Of a stretch of DNA of 64,000 nucleotides, positions 18,553 through 27,272 are shown in pieces. A program made the position numbers and the translations under genes. How positions within the stretch are numbered: the stretch's first letter is position 1; each line of letters begins with the position of its first letter. Below the pieces are notes generated by a model that saw nothing but the letters and a program-made list of their open reading frames with translations, was not told the origin of the DNA and did not search any database. The stretch lies in the NCBI GenBank assembly GCA_011050075.1, contig DRGK01000017.1, forward strand, positions 39,838 to 103,837, given 5' to 3'. Source of the DNA: Candidatus Jorgensenbacteria bacterium (GTDB lineage: Bacteria; Patescibacteriota; Minisyncoccia; UBA6257; GWB1-50-10).

Positions 18553-19353
18553 ATGTTGGAAATTTTTCAGTTTGATTTTATGATACGGGCGTTCACGGCA
18601 GGGATAACTATCGCCGTCATTGCTCCACTCATAGGGTCGTTCTTGATTGTTCGGCGTTATTCTTTGATGGCAGACACCCTTGCACATGTATCGCTGCTTG
18701 GTATATCTGTTGGGCTTATTACAAAAGTTAATCCTATTGGAACTGCAATTATCGCTTCGGTATTGGGTGCGATTGGAATAGAAAAATTAAGAGGTGGAAA
18801 AAAGATATCCGGTGAATCTGCGTTGGCACTTTTTCTTTCAGGAAGCCTTGCTATTGCCACCGTAGTAATAGGACTGGCAAAAGGTTTCAGCGTTAATCTT
18901 TTCAGTTTTCTTTTTGGAAGTATTTCTACGGTTTCTCTCATTGATTTATATCTTATTATTGGGCTCGGCATTATTGTTTTAGCAACCATAATTTTATTCT
19001 ATAAAGAACTGTTTCTTGTTTCGTTTGATGAAGATTTGGCTCAAGCGAACGGTGTTCCCGCGAAGGCCCTTAATTTTATACTTGTTATTTTAGCGGCAAT
19101 CACTGTATCGCTCTCTATACGGACAATCGGGGTTTTGCTCATCGGTGCACTGACGGTAATTCCTGTCCTCGCCGCATTCCAGTATGGACGCAGTTTTCGG
19201 CAAACAATACTCTTATCGGTGATATTTTCACTGATATCTGTTATATCAGGGCTTTTTCTCTCGTTCTATTTTGCACTGCCAAGCGGTGGTATTATCGTAG
19301 TTGTTGCTCTTGTGATTTTCTTACTTAGTCTCGCAATCAAAAAAACGGGGTAA
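18553..19353 (+). CDS. znuB: Metal ABC transporter permease
   Basis: 8 TM, ZnuB/TroC-like; start taken at MLEIFQFDF, immediately after the znuC stop. Confidence 0.8.
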   Translation: MLEIFQFDFMIRAFTAGITIAVIAPLIGSFLIVRRYSLMADTLAHVSLLGISVGLITKVNPIGTAIIASVLGAIGIEKLRGGKKISGESALALFLSGSLAIATVVIGLAKGFSVNLFSFLFGSISTVSLIDLYLIIGLGIIVLATIILFYKELFLVSFDEDLAQANGVPAKALNFILVILAAITVSLSIRTIGVLLIGALTVIPVLAAFQYGRSFRQTILLSVIFSLISVISGLFLSFYFALPSGGIIVVVALVIFLLSLAIKKTG

Positions 19354-19363
19354 TTCGGTCGGG

Positions 19364-19813
19364 TTATATTTCTTCAAATTTAAAAGGGATACTGATCCCT
19401 TTTTTATCTTTGATCTTGAAAACATTGAAGTGTAAATGTGGTAAATCCATCACACCAGAATACCCTGTATAACCCAGTAAATCACCTGTTTCTACTTTAT
19501 CACCTTTCTGTACCTCCACCTTACCTTTTCCAAGATGCAAATACTCAGCGTATGTTCCATCTTTATGATTAATGACAACAAAATTGGTATTATCCACAAG
19601 ATTTTTATCCAGTCCCCATTCATCCGAATCCGATTTAATTCCAACGACCACCCCCATTTTTGCTGCTATAACCTTGGTACCAATTTCAACCAAAAAATCT
19701 ACAGCATACTTTGATTCAGGAAAATTCTCGTGCGCATACTCTCCAGTGGGATAAGCTATATTTATTTTTATATTCTTTGGAAATGGAAACCTGTATTTCA
19801 TATCACGATACAT
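19364..19813 (-). CDS. M23-family metallopeptidase (LytM-like), small
   Basis: M23 motifs …GIKSD… and GYTGYSGVMDLPHLHF (HxH). Confidence 0.65.
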   Translation of the reverse strand: MYRDMKYRFPFPKNIKINIAYPTGEYAHENFPESKYAVDFLVEIGTKVIAAKMGVVVGIKSDSDEWGLDKNLVDNTNFVVINHKDGTYAEYLHLGKGKVEVQKGDKVETGDLLGYTGYSGVMDLPHLHFNVFKIKDKKGISIPFKFEEI

Positions 19814-19826
19814 CTATCTAATTGAC

Positions 19827-19964
19827 TTATATCCTCCTTTTACCTCGACTCAGAACACAGCTGTAGAGTTTTTCATTGTGTACCTGAATATCCCACGGGC
19901 GCCCGCCATTTATCTCAATACCGGCTTGAGATAAGATTTTTTCCACTATGTGTTTAGATGACAT
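19827..19964 (-). pseudogene. cfa: Remnant of a cyclopropane-fatty-acyl-phospholipid synthase gene (N-terminal 45 codons only)
   Basis: MSSKHIVEKILSQAGIEINGGRPWDIQVHNEKLYSCVLSRG… aligns with the E. coli Cfa N-terminus (…LSRAGIAINGSAPADIRVKNPDFFKRVLQEGS…) and then terminates; no methyltransferase domain follows. Confidence 0.5.
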
Positions 19965-19990
19965 GTTTCTATAAATACTGACCTCTCAGT

Positions 19991-20467
19991 TTATTTATGA
20001 TAACGTTTGGTGATTTTAGAAATGAGACGGCTGGTAGAATTGATATTACCTCGCGGAATAATCTTCAATTTAACATTAAGAGATTCAACATTTTTACGAA
20101 AAGGCACCCACTTTTTATCAATCGTAATAAAGATATCAGGCTTAAGAATCGCAAGGATCCTCATGGTAGGAACAGGCTTATTCTTTGCAGGGTTCGGGGC
20201 TAGTAGAGCATAGTCAACATATTTAATTGAATCTACTATAACAAGTCTATCTTTCTCTGATAGAATTGGCCGATTCAACCCCTTTCTTTCCTGAACTCTT
20301 TTGTCAGAAGAGACACCAATAACAACTACGTCTCCAAATCTTCTAAGATTTTTGAAAGACTCAATGTGACCCCTGTGGAACAAATCAAACGTGCCGCCTG
20401 CAAATACAACTTTTTTATTACGTAGGGATTTACGAAGTTGAGGTAATTGTGAAAATTTTATTATCAT
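19991..20467 (-). CDS. Cytidylyltransferase-like nucleotidyltransferase (TagD/RfaE domain II-like)
   Basis: HxGH motif (GGTFDLFHRGH); ~158 aa. Confidence 0.6.
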   Translation of the reverse strand: MIIKFSQLPQLRKSLRNKKVVFAGGTFDLFHRGHIESFKNLRRFGDVVVIGVSSDKRVQERKGLNRPILSEKDRLVIVDSIKYVDYALLAPNPAKNKPVPTMRILAILKPDIFITIDKKWVPFRKNVESLNVKLKIIPRGNINSTSRLISKITKRYHK

Positions 20468-20476
20468 ACTATTTTG

Positions 20477-21694
20477 TTAGCGCTCAACTTTTATACGATT
20501 CAATGCAAATAAACTTAAGATAAGTATACCTGTCATTGCAAGGAATGCGGTTTGGTATCCTCGTGCTCCTTCACCCATTACAATGAGAGCGATACTCCAA
20601 ATTGCGGGGCCAATAAATGTTGCAAATCGTTCCGCGACAACATAATAACTATATGATGATGCAACAGACCCTTTTGGAGCAAGCTGTCCAACCAGTGATC
20701 GGCTTATTGCCCAAATGGGGCCAAATAGAATACCGGCAAGAAGAAACACGGGAACAAGCAAATTAAAGCTCGGAATAAATGCCACGGTAGGGAAAATGAT
20801 GCAGCAACCAATAAGGATACCTTTGAGTGTCTTAAGTTCTCCTTTTTTGCTTGCGATTTTTCCAAATATGACTGCCCCTATTGCAGCAAGACCAAGAATG
20901 CTCATGGTGAGTACTGACTTCACGGTATCAGACACTCCATGTATCGTTTCTAAATATAATGGGAAGTTGTTTGCGAATGTAAGCATTGCGTCACTGAATA
21001 AAAAGTATGCGAGCAAAAGAAAGGCCAATGGCTTGTATGAAAAGACTTTTTTAAACAAAGCAAAAAGGGAAGTAGAAGTGTTTTCTAACGAAGCAGTGTC
21101 CGTAGAAAGTTTTTCTTTGTAGAGAAAGAACATTGGCAAGGAGAAAAGCCCAAAAAGAAGTGTTGCGGGAAGCAATGCCTGCGCTCGTCCCGGGTCTCCA
21201 AAGAGAGTTATTACACCAATTGCAAATGGCAGGGTGACTATAAGGCCTATTACTTGCCCAAATGAATTAGCACCTTGTCCTATCCCAGATATATAAGAAC
21301 GATTTTCTCTAGTGGAAAGATCATTCAGCATAGGCGTAAAGTAGAGAAAGCATACAAGATACGCATACATTGCAAGTGTATAGAGTATTGTTGCAAACAT
21401 ATCCAAACTGTCTGAGAGTGTTGCAATGAGCGATACCAGAATAAATGCAATAAAAGAAAGGACAGTCCACATACGAAGTCCTGCAATTTTTCTTCCGGTC
21501 ATATCAATTCTCTTGCTTAGTATCGGAGCGGTAAGGATGAATAGGGCTGAAGATACAATCAACGCGCTGTTGTACCACCATACCGGATGTCCCTGATCAA
21601 TGACCAACCATTGAGAAAAATAAAAAAGAAAGGCCATTAAGACCAGAGAGTTTGCGAAGTCGTATAATGCCCAATAGGTTATGTTCTTTTTCAT
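20477..21694 (-). CDS. MFS transporter
   Basis: 405 aa, 12 predicted TM helices arranged as two 6-TM halves. Confidence 0.6.
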   Translation of the reverse strand: MKKNITYWALYDFANSLVLMAFLFYFSQWLVIDQGHPVWWYNSALIVSSALFILTAPILSKRIDMTGRKIAGLRMWTVLSFIAFILVSLIATLSDSLDMFATILYTLAMYAYLVCFLYFTPMLNDLSTRENRSYISGIGQGANSFGQVIGLIVTLPFAIGVITLFGDPGRAQALLPATLLFGLFSLPMFFLYKEKLSTDTASLENTSTSLFALFKKVFSYKPLAFLLLAYFLFSDAMLTFANNFPLYLETIHGVSDTVKSVLTMSILGLAAIGAVIFGKIASKKGELKTLKGILIGCCIIFPTVAFIPSFNLLVPVFLLAGILFGPIWAISRSLVGQLAPKGSVASSYSYYVVAERFATFIGPAIWSIALIVMGEGARGYQTAFLAMTGILILSLFALNRIKVER

Positions 21695-21697
21695 ACC

Positions 21698-22285
21698 TTA
21701 GAGTTTATTGTACTTGAAACATCCCTCTCTATGATCGTTTACTATTCCTATCGTTTGCATGATTGCATAGATGATTGTAGAGCCCACAAAGTTCATGCCA
21801 CGGCGCTTGAGGTCTTTACTGATAGTGTCTGATAATTCTGTGTGTGCGGGAAGATCGGACATGCGTTTCCATTTATTTTGTATGGGCTTGCCGCTAACGA
21901 ACTTCCATATATATACGTCAAATGATCCAAATTCTTTTTGTATGTCCATAAACACCTTTGCGTTTCTCACGGCCGAAGCAATCTTCAGTTTATTCCGCAC
22001 AATGCCCTTGTCGTGCAGCAAGGCTTGTGTTTTCTTTACACCATACGCGGCGACTTTTTTCACGTCAAAATCATCAAACGCCTTGCGATAATTCTCGCGT
22101 TTGTTCAGGATAGTCCTCCATGAAAGCCCCGCTTGTGCGCCATCTAATATAAGCACCTCAAATAAACGACGGTCATCGTGTAGGGGAATACCCCATTCAT
22201 TGTCATGATACTCAGTCATGAGCGTATCACTTTCTTCCAACCACCAGCATCGCTTCAATCGGTCTAAAGATTTTTCTGGCTGCAT
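21698..22285 (-). CDS. tag: DNA-3-methyladenine glycosylase I
   Basis: CWWLEESDTLMTEYHDNEWGIP…FEVLILDGAQAGLSW, Tag signature. Confidence 0.85.
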   Translation of the reverse strand: MQPEKSLDRLKRCWWLEESDTLMTEYHDNEWGIPLHDDRRLFEVLILDGAQAGLSWRTILNKRENYRKAFDDFDVKKVAAYGVKKTQALLHDKGIVRNKLKIASAVRNAKVFMDIQKEFGSFDVYIWKFVSGKPIQNKWKRMSDLPAHTELSDTISKDLKRRGMNFVGSTIIYAIMQTIGIVNDHREGCFKYNKL

Positions 22286-22287
22286 AA

Positions 22288-23277
22288 TTAAGTTTTAACC
22301 TTCTTTTTTAATGAATTAAGGATTTTTCCTACCTTTTTTAGATCCTTATCATCATAAATGGTAAGTGGCATGATGGATGTTATTGTTGAGTTTTTTTGAC
22401 TTGCAATTTTTTCCAGACTTGCAATTTTTTCCTTTATTTCTGCTTTTGTAATCATATCGCTCTTACTTAAGAACACATACTCTGGCTTTTTCAGTATTTC
22501 TTTATTATGTGCACCAAGCTCCTTACGAATAGCTCTATAATCCTTTACAGGGTCTTGAGACTCGGCACTCACAAGATGAAAAAGCACTTTTGTACGTTCA
22601 ATGTGCCGAAGAAATTTAATTCCCAGTCCTTTTCCTTGAGAAGCACCTTCGATAAGTCCGGGAATATCCGTAAGAATGAGTTCGTAGTAAACGCCAAGGT
22701 GGGGTTCAAGAGTCGTAAAAGGGTAGTTTGCCACCTTGCTGTCTGCGTTCGTAAGCTCATTGAGCAGGCTTGATTTTCCAACATTCGGATATCCAATGAG
22801 CCCAACATCAGCAATAAATTTCAACTCAAGCCGTAGATGCGCTGTTTTTCCCGGAAGACCTGGCTGGAACCGTTTTGGTGTTGTATTGCGAGATGAACGG
22901 AACAGGAAATTTCCCTTACCTCCATTTCCTCCTTGCGCCACAACAACGCGCTCATCCACATTGATGATTTCTTGTGTTTCACCGGTATCCAAATTATGAA
23001 TGACTGTGCCAAGAGGTACATTGAGAACTAAGTCATTGCCGATGCGCCCGTCACGAAACTGTGATCGTCCATCTCTGCCATTTTCGGCAAGCAGTTCTTT
23101 TCTGTTCCGAAACTGATTTAACGCGGTTAAATCAGAAATACCATTTACGATAATGTTGCCACCATTGCCTCCGCTGCCTCCGGTAGGCCCGAGTGACTGC
23201 TTTATTCTCTGGAATGCTACTGTTCCCTTGCCCCCATGACCTGCGACAACGGTTATGTTGATATCATCAATAATCAT
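22288..23277 (-). CDS. obg: GTPase Obg/CgtA
   Basis: N-terminal Obg fold with Gly-rich repeats (GGKGTVAF…GGNGG); G-domain GYPNVGKSSLL, DIPGLIEGAS. Confidence 0.9.
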   Translation of the reverse strand: MIIDDINITVVAGHGGKGTVAFQRIKQSLGPTGGSGGNGGNIIVNGISDLTALNQFRNRKELLAENGRDGRSQFRDGRIGNDLVLNVPLGTVIHNLDTGETQEIINVDERVVVAQGGNGGKGNFLFRSSRNTTPKRFQPGLPGKTAHLRLELKFIADVGLIGYPNVGKSSLLNELTNADSKVANYPFTTLEPHLGVYYELILTDIPGLIEGASQGKGLGIKFLRHIERTKVLFHLVSAESQDPVKDYRAIRKELGAHNKEILKKPEYVFLSKSDMITKAEIKEKIASLEKIASQKNSTITSIMPLTIYDDKDLKKVGKILNSLKKKVKT

Positions 23278-23320
23278 TATTGCTACTATACCGTTTTACC
23301 GGTCACAATAATATCTGTAA

Positions 23321-23467
23321 CTACTCCTTCACAGCGTGTTCAATAATCTCAAGATTACAACTATGAGTTCTCTCGCACCATTCCTGACATTTATCACGCC
23401 ATTCACGCTCTTCGTATTTTAGGCCACACGCTTCGCATGTGTAATATGTTTTTTCTTCGTTTTGCAT
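23321..23467 (-). CDS. Small zinc-ribbon protein (48 aa), hypothetical
   Basis: MQNEEKTYYTCEACGLKYEEREWRDKCQEWCERTHSCN…; two Cys pairs; below the ORF-track size cutoff. Confidence 0.3.
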   Translation of the reverse strand: MQNEEKTYYTCEACGLKYEEREWRDKCQEWCERTHSCNLEIIEHAVKE

Positions 23468-23482
23468 ACTATCCCTTAGCTT

Positions 23483-23620
23483 TTATTTCCGCCCTCCTTT
23501 TTGGCCGTGCTTTTGCTGCTGAGAACTAAGACGGGCAGGCCTTCGCAGATGAGTTAACTGTTTAGCCAATCGTTTGGCATTTATCTTTTTATTGGATGAT
23601 TTTTTCCTTTGGCGAAGCAT
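23483..23620 (-). CDS. Small highly basic protein (45 aa), hypothetical (ribosomal-protein-like composition)
   Basis: MLRQRKKSSNKKINAKRLAKQLTHLRRPARLSSQQQKHGQKGGRK; upstream of obg on the same strand. Confidence 0.25.
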   Translation of the reverse strand: MLRQRKKSSNKKINAKRLAKQLTHLRRPARLSSQQQKHGQKGGRK

Positions 23621-23709
23621 ATTAAAATTAGACCACGATTGACGTTACCTTTTCAAGATGGGAGTGGGGGAGCGACTGACCGGTTTTGGTTGTGGGCTCA
23701 ATATACACT

Positions 23710-24036
23710 TCAGAACGTGTCAATTAATTGGTACTGCCAGTTCGTAAACGCCTTCGTAACCCATATCATAAGTGCTATTGCAAGGATTGTTAATATGATA
23801 ACGGTAATACCTATCCTCCGCGCCTTAGGGTTCGATTGTTTGAGATATTTGAACGCGTAGATAAGACCGAGTGGTGCAAAGATGAAACTGATAAGGTAAA
23901 TAAATATTTGCCTTGCCGTAGAGGTCGAGAGTGGCGGTTCTTTGAGTTTTGTTCCGCACTGCGAGCAAAAGTTCTCTGTTACGGATGTGGATGCATGGCA
24001 TGTCGGGCATGCCGTTTCAGATGAAATATTTTCCAT
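23710..24036 (-). CDS. Zinc-ribbon plus 2-TM small membrane protein, hypothetical
   Basis: CPTCH…CSQCG followed by two hydrophobic helices. Confidence 0.5.
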   Translation of the reverse strand: MENISSETACPTCHASTSVTENFCSQCGTKLKEPPLSTSTARQIFIYLISFIFAPLGLIYAFKYLKQSNPKARRIGITVIILTILAIALMIWVTKAFTNWQYQLIDTF

Positions 24037-24067
24037 ACTTTTATAATATCACGATAATATGAAAATA

Positions 24068-24092
24068 AACGGCTCAGGGGAGTTGAGCCGTT
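24068..24092. terminator. Repeated intrinsic-terminator hairpin (AACGGCTCA-ggggagt-TGAGCCGTT), copy 1
   Basis: Identical 25-mer also at 24839-24863; a T-tract on the minus strand follows the hairpin. Confidence 0.6.
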
Positions 24093-24125
24093 AAAGAGAG
24101 CGCACTGAAAGGTTTTTTAACACTT

Positions 24126-24524
24126 CTAAAAACCTGCGAGCACATAGAAACCAGGACCGGTTATGAACAACATAAGTGCAATTGCAAGCAAGAGCAGATC
24201 ATATGACCAATCGGTAAATGGTTTTTCTGTTTTTGTTATCTTCCAGATGGTTCCCATTATCATTTCAAAACCAAATAGTGCCACCGCAAGCCACATATAC
24301 ATGCCGATGATTACGGCGATACCGCCAAAGAACTCGACAAACGCAACGATTGTGCCCCAGAATATACCCGGTTTAAAACCCATCTTCACAAAATCTTCAG
24401 CGTTTGACTTGAGGTTTATAATCTTGGGATACCCATAATAAATCATGATAACACCCATGATTATTCTTACGATGAGAATTACTATGTCACTAAAAGGAGC
24501 TAATGGAGTAAGTATGCTTAACAT
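24126..24524 (-). CDS. DoxX-family membrane protein
   Basis: 132 aa, 4 TM, DoxX-like arrangement. Confidence 0.5.
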   Translation of the reverse strand: MLSILTPLAPFSDIVILIVRIIMGVIMIYYGYPKIINLKSNAEDFVKMGFKPGIFWGTIVAFVEFFGGIAVIIGMYMWLAVALFGFEMIMGTIWKITKTEKPFTDWSYDLLLLAIALMLFITGPGFYVLAGF

Positions 24525-24526
24525 AA

Positions 24527-24808
24527 TTATTTGATTACTTGTACATTTTTCCAGAAAGCAAAGTAACCTTTGATTTGTTTCGCTGCGTCAGAAGGTTCTG
24601 GATAAACCCAAGCAGCATCTTCTGATACTTCGCCATCAACCGTGACATTGTAATAGTGAGCAAGACCTTTCCATGCACACGTGTAGTCATTGCCGCTTTT
24701 TTGTAGATATTCCATCTTGACCGAATCGGCAGGAAAATAATGATTGTTTTCAACCACTACGGTTTTATCACTTTCGGCAATAATTTTATCTTTGTATATA
24801 GCTTTCAT
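24527..24808 (-). CDS. DUF427-family protein
   Basis: MKAIYKDKIIAESDKTVVVENNHYFP…WKGLAHYYNV; the longer ORF-track start appears to use TTG, so the ATG at MKAIYK is preferred. Confidence 0.55.
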   Translation of the reverse strand: MKAIYKDKIIAESDKTVVVENNHYFPADSVKMEYLQKSGNDYTCAWKGLAHYYNVTVDGEVSEDAAWVYPEPSDAAKQIKGYFAFWKNVQVIK

Positions 24809-24838
24809 ATTCTTATGATACCACAATAATATAAAAAC

Positions 24839-24863
24839 AAACGGCTCAGGGGAGTTGAGCCGT
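24839..24863. terminator. Repeated intrinsic-terminator hairpin (AACGGCTCA-ggggagt-TGAGCCGTT), copy 2
   Basis: Identical to 24068-24092, with ~50 nt of similar flanking sequence that includes a TATTAT -10-like box. Confidence 0.6.
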
Positions 24864-24887
24864 TACGTTTATGGTGGTTTTCTTGCT

Positions 24888-25418
24888 TTATATCTCTTTA
24901 TTTTGAGACATATTGGTTACGTCTTTGATTAATCCATTGGATATATAGTACGTTTTCCCTTCGTCATTCTTTAATACGGTTGAGCGCATGGTAATTCTTA
25001 CGACTCGTCCTTCAAAACTACCTATCTTTACTTTGTCGCCAATTCCATATTGATTCTCAACTAAAATAAAAAGGCCTGAAACAAAATCTTTTACCAGCGA
25101 CTGAGCTCCAAAGCCAATTGCCAAACCTATCACACCTGCACCCGCCAAAATTGGTCTTATATCGATACCGAATAAACTCAGAATCATAAGTAATATTACG
25201 ACATAAATAACAATATTTCCTGTTGTTACAATTATGTGTCCTAGAGTCTCCGCTCGTTTTTCTTTTTGAGAAACGTGTGTATCGTCCCCGTCATCCACTA
25301 TCCGAGCAAGGCGTCTAACCACTGCTTTCAATAGCATTCTGCCCAAAAAGAATAGAGCAAGAATCCCAACAACATCTACTGCGTTTTGCTTAATAATATT
25401 AATTATAAATTCCTGCAT
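24888..25418 (-). CDS. Small-conductance mechanosensitive channel family protein (truncated MscS-like)
   Basis: TM helices plus MscS signature AIGFGAQSLVKDFVSGLFILVENQYGIGDKV. Confidence 0.6.
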   Translation of the reverse strand: MQEFIINIIKQNAVDVVGILALFFLGRMLLKAVVRRLARIVDDGDDTHVSQKEKRAETLGHIIVTTGNIVIYVVILLMILSLFGIDIRPILAGAGVIGLAIGFGAQSLVKDFVSGLFILVENQYGIGDKVKIGSFEGRVVRITMRSTVLKNDEGKTYYISNGLIKDVTNMSQNKEI

Positions 25419-25431
25419 AGTGTTTAACGTA

Positions 25432-25695
25432 TTACTGATTGATCAATTTTAATTTTTCCTCTCGATTCCAACTTTTTATCTCTGCCTCCCGCTTCCTTGC
25501 ATCTTTTAATGTATCAAAGGTTTCTGAATGTACCAGTATAACCGGTCTGCGAATCTTCGTATAGTGCGCGCCCCACTTTGAATCGTTATGCTGTTTTAGT
25601 CGTTTATCAAGATTGTTTGTACATCCGATATACAGAGATGTGTCTGCGCATTCCAGAATATAAACTTTATGTTTCACAGATTGATAATTAGGCAA
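25432..25695 (-). CDS. GIY-YIG nuclease-domain protein
   Basis: VYILECADTSLYIGCTNNLDKRLKQHN. Confidence 0.75.
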   Translation of the reverse strand: MPNYQSVKHKVYILECADTSLYIGCTNNLDKRLKQHNDSKWGAHYTKIRRPVILVHSETFDTLKDARKREAEIKSWNREEKLKLINQ

Positions 25696-25839
25696 TGCGT
25701 TTTGTTCCCATAACGTACTCAGTAATCATAATTACTGAACGATGCGTTTGCAGCAAAATTGCACTGTAGCCCCTCGCTTTGCTCGGGATGATTGAAATTC
25801 TATGCTTTGCCCTTGGGCTCAGCATGAATTTCTAATCAG

Positions 25840-25910
25840 CTGCCGGGGAAGGAATCGAACCCTCATTACCGCCTCCAAAGGGCGATGTCCTACCATTAGA
25901 CGACCCGGCA
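25840..25910 (-). tRNA. tRNA-Gln (anticodon TTG)
   Basis: Reverse complement reads TGCCGGGTCGTCTAATGGTAGGACATCGCCCTTTGGAGGCGGTAATGAGGGTTCGATTCCTTCCCCGGCAG; anticodon loop CTTTGGA. Confidence 0.8.
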
Positions 25911-25991
25911 ATACAATTTAATCGATACCATTAGACCCGTCTCGACTCATTCAAGACAGAGTCGAGGACGAGGCGGGCGACCCGGCATTTT

Positions 25992-27272
25992 ATGCGGGCG
26001 TACAACCCGACATTTGGTGTTCGTTCCTATGTTATAATACACTCAATGCGAAACATCAAATCGCTGAAACTGGCTGTTGAACGACAAATCGCCAACCCGC
26101 CCGGTGAAGTTTCTATTATTGAACTCGTTGATTTATTTGTGGAGTACGCATACAGCTCGCGTGCATCGGATATTCATATTGAACCGGGTGACGATAACGT
26201 AATAGTACGCCTGCGTATTGACGGTATCCTGCAGGATATTTTCACTTTACCCAAGGAACTGCAGTCAGAAGTGATCAGCCGCATCAAAGTACTTTCGGGA
26301 CTAAAAACGGATATTCATCACGTACCGCAGGATGGTAGGTTCAAAGCGAAGATAGGGGATGTGGAGGAGATTGATGTTCGTGTTTCCATTGCACCTACAT
26401 ACTCCGGTGAAAATGCAGTGATGCGTATCTTGGCGGAGACATCGCAGAAGTTCAAATTGGAAGACATTGGGTTTGATAAAAAGCAGTATCGTATGATAAT
26501 ACGCGCGATACACAAGCCGTATGGTATGATCCTCGCGAATGGTCCGACCGGCTCTGGAAAAACCACAACGCTTTACACGATTATCAAGGAGCTCAGTACC
26601 CGTGCGGTATCAATTATCACCATTGAGGACCCTATTGAATATTCTATTGAAGGCATTACTCAGATTCCCGTCAATGTACAGGCGGGGTTGAATTTTGCGA
26701 ACGGACTGCGTTCTATCTTACGGCAGGACCCGAACATTATCATGGTAGGGGAGATTCGCGACACCGAGACGGCGAGTATCGCGGTTAATGCGGCACTGAC
26801 CGGCCATCTCATGCTCTCAACGCTGCACACCAATGATGCGGCAACCACATTTCCGCGTCTTCTGGATATGGGTGTTCCTCCGTTTCTCGTCGCCTCAACA
26901 GTTAATATTGTTATTGCACAGCGTCTGATGCGAAAGGTATGCCAGAGTTGCCGGCAGCAGAAGTTCCTTTCTATTGCTGATATTGAACATCTTGGTCCGC
27001 TCGCCGAGGTATATATAGAAAAGAAAGTGTATACCGTAGGTGCCGGATGTGATGATTGTGACGGACTGGGTTATCGGGGCAGAGTTGGCATCTTTGAAGT
27101 ACTGTCGGTTAATGAGGAAATTCGTTCACTGATTGCTAACCGCTCAAGCGCTTCACAGATCAAGCAGGCGGCCGTAAAAAATGGTATGCATACCATGACT
27201 CAGGGAGCATTTGAAAAAGCAATACAGGGTGAAACGACCATTGAAGAAGTACTCCGTATGATATATGAGTAA
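25992..27272 (+). CDS. pilB: Type IV pilus assembly ATPase (PilB/GspE family)
   Basis: Walker A GPTGSGKTT; Asp/His boxes; tetracysteine CQSC…CDDC; GYRGRVGIFEVL; short form lacking the long N-domain. Confidence 0.85.
   Translation: MRAYNPTFGVRSYVIIHSMRNIKSLKLAVERQIANPPGEVSIIELVDLFVEYAYSSRASDIHIEPGDDNVIVRLRIDGILQDIFTLPKELQSEVISRIKVLSGLKTDIHHVPQDGRFKAKIGDVEEIDVRVSIAPTYSGENAVMRILAETSQKFKLEDIGFDKKQYRMIIRAIHKPYGMILANGPTGSGKTTTLYTIIKELSTRAVSIITIEDPIEYSIEGITQIPVNVQAGLNFANGLRSILRQDPNIIMVGEIRDTETASIAVNAALTGHLMLSTLHTNDAATTFPRLLDMGVPPFLVASTVNIVIAQRLMRKVCQSCRQQKFLSIADIEHLGPLAEVYIEKKVYTVGAGCDDCDGLGYRGRVGIFEVLSVNEEIRSLIANRSSASQIKQAAVKNGMHTMTQGAFEKAIQGETTIEEVLRMIYE

Noticed and set aside
24805-24826. Longer N-terminus (MWYHKN…) of the DUF427 gene from the ORF track
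   Set aside because: The reverse-complement sequence shows this extension begins at TTG, whereas an ATG with an upstream TATTAT box gives MKAIYK…, matching the family's usual start.
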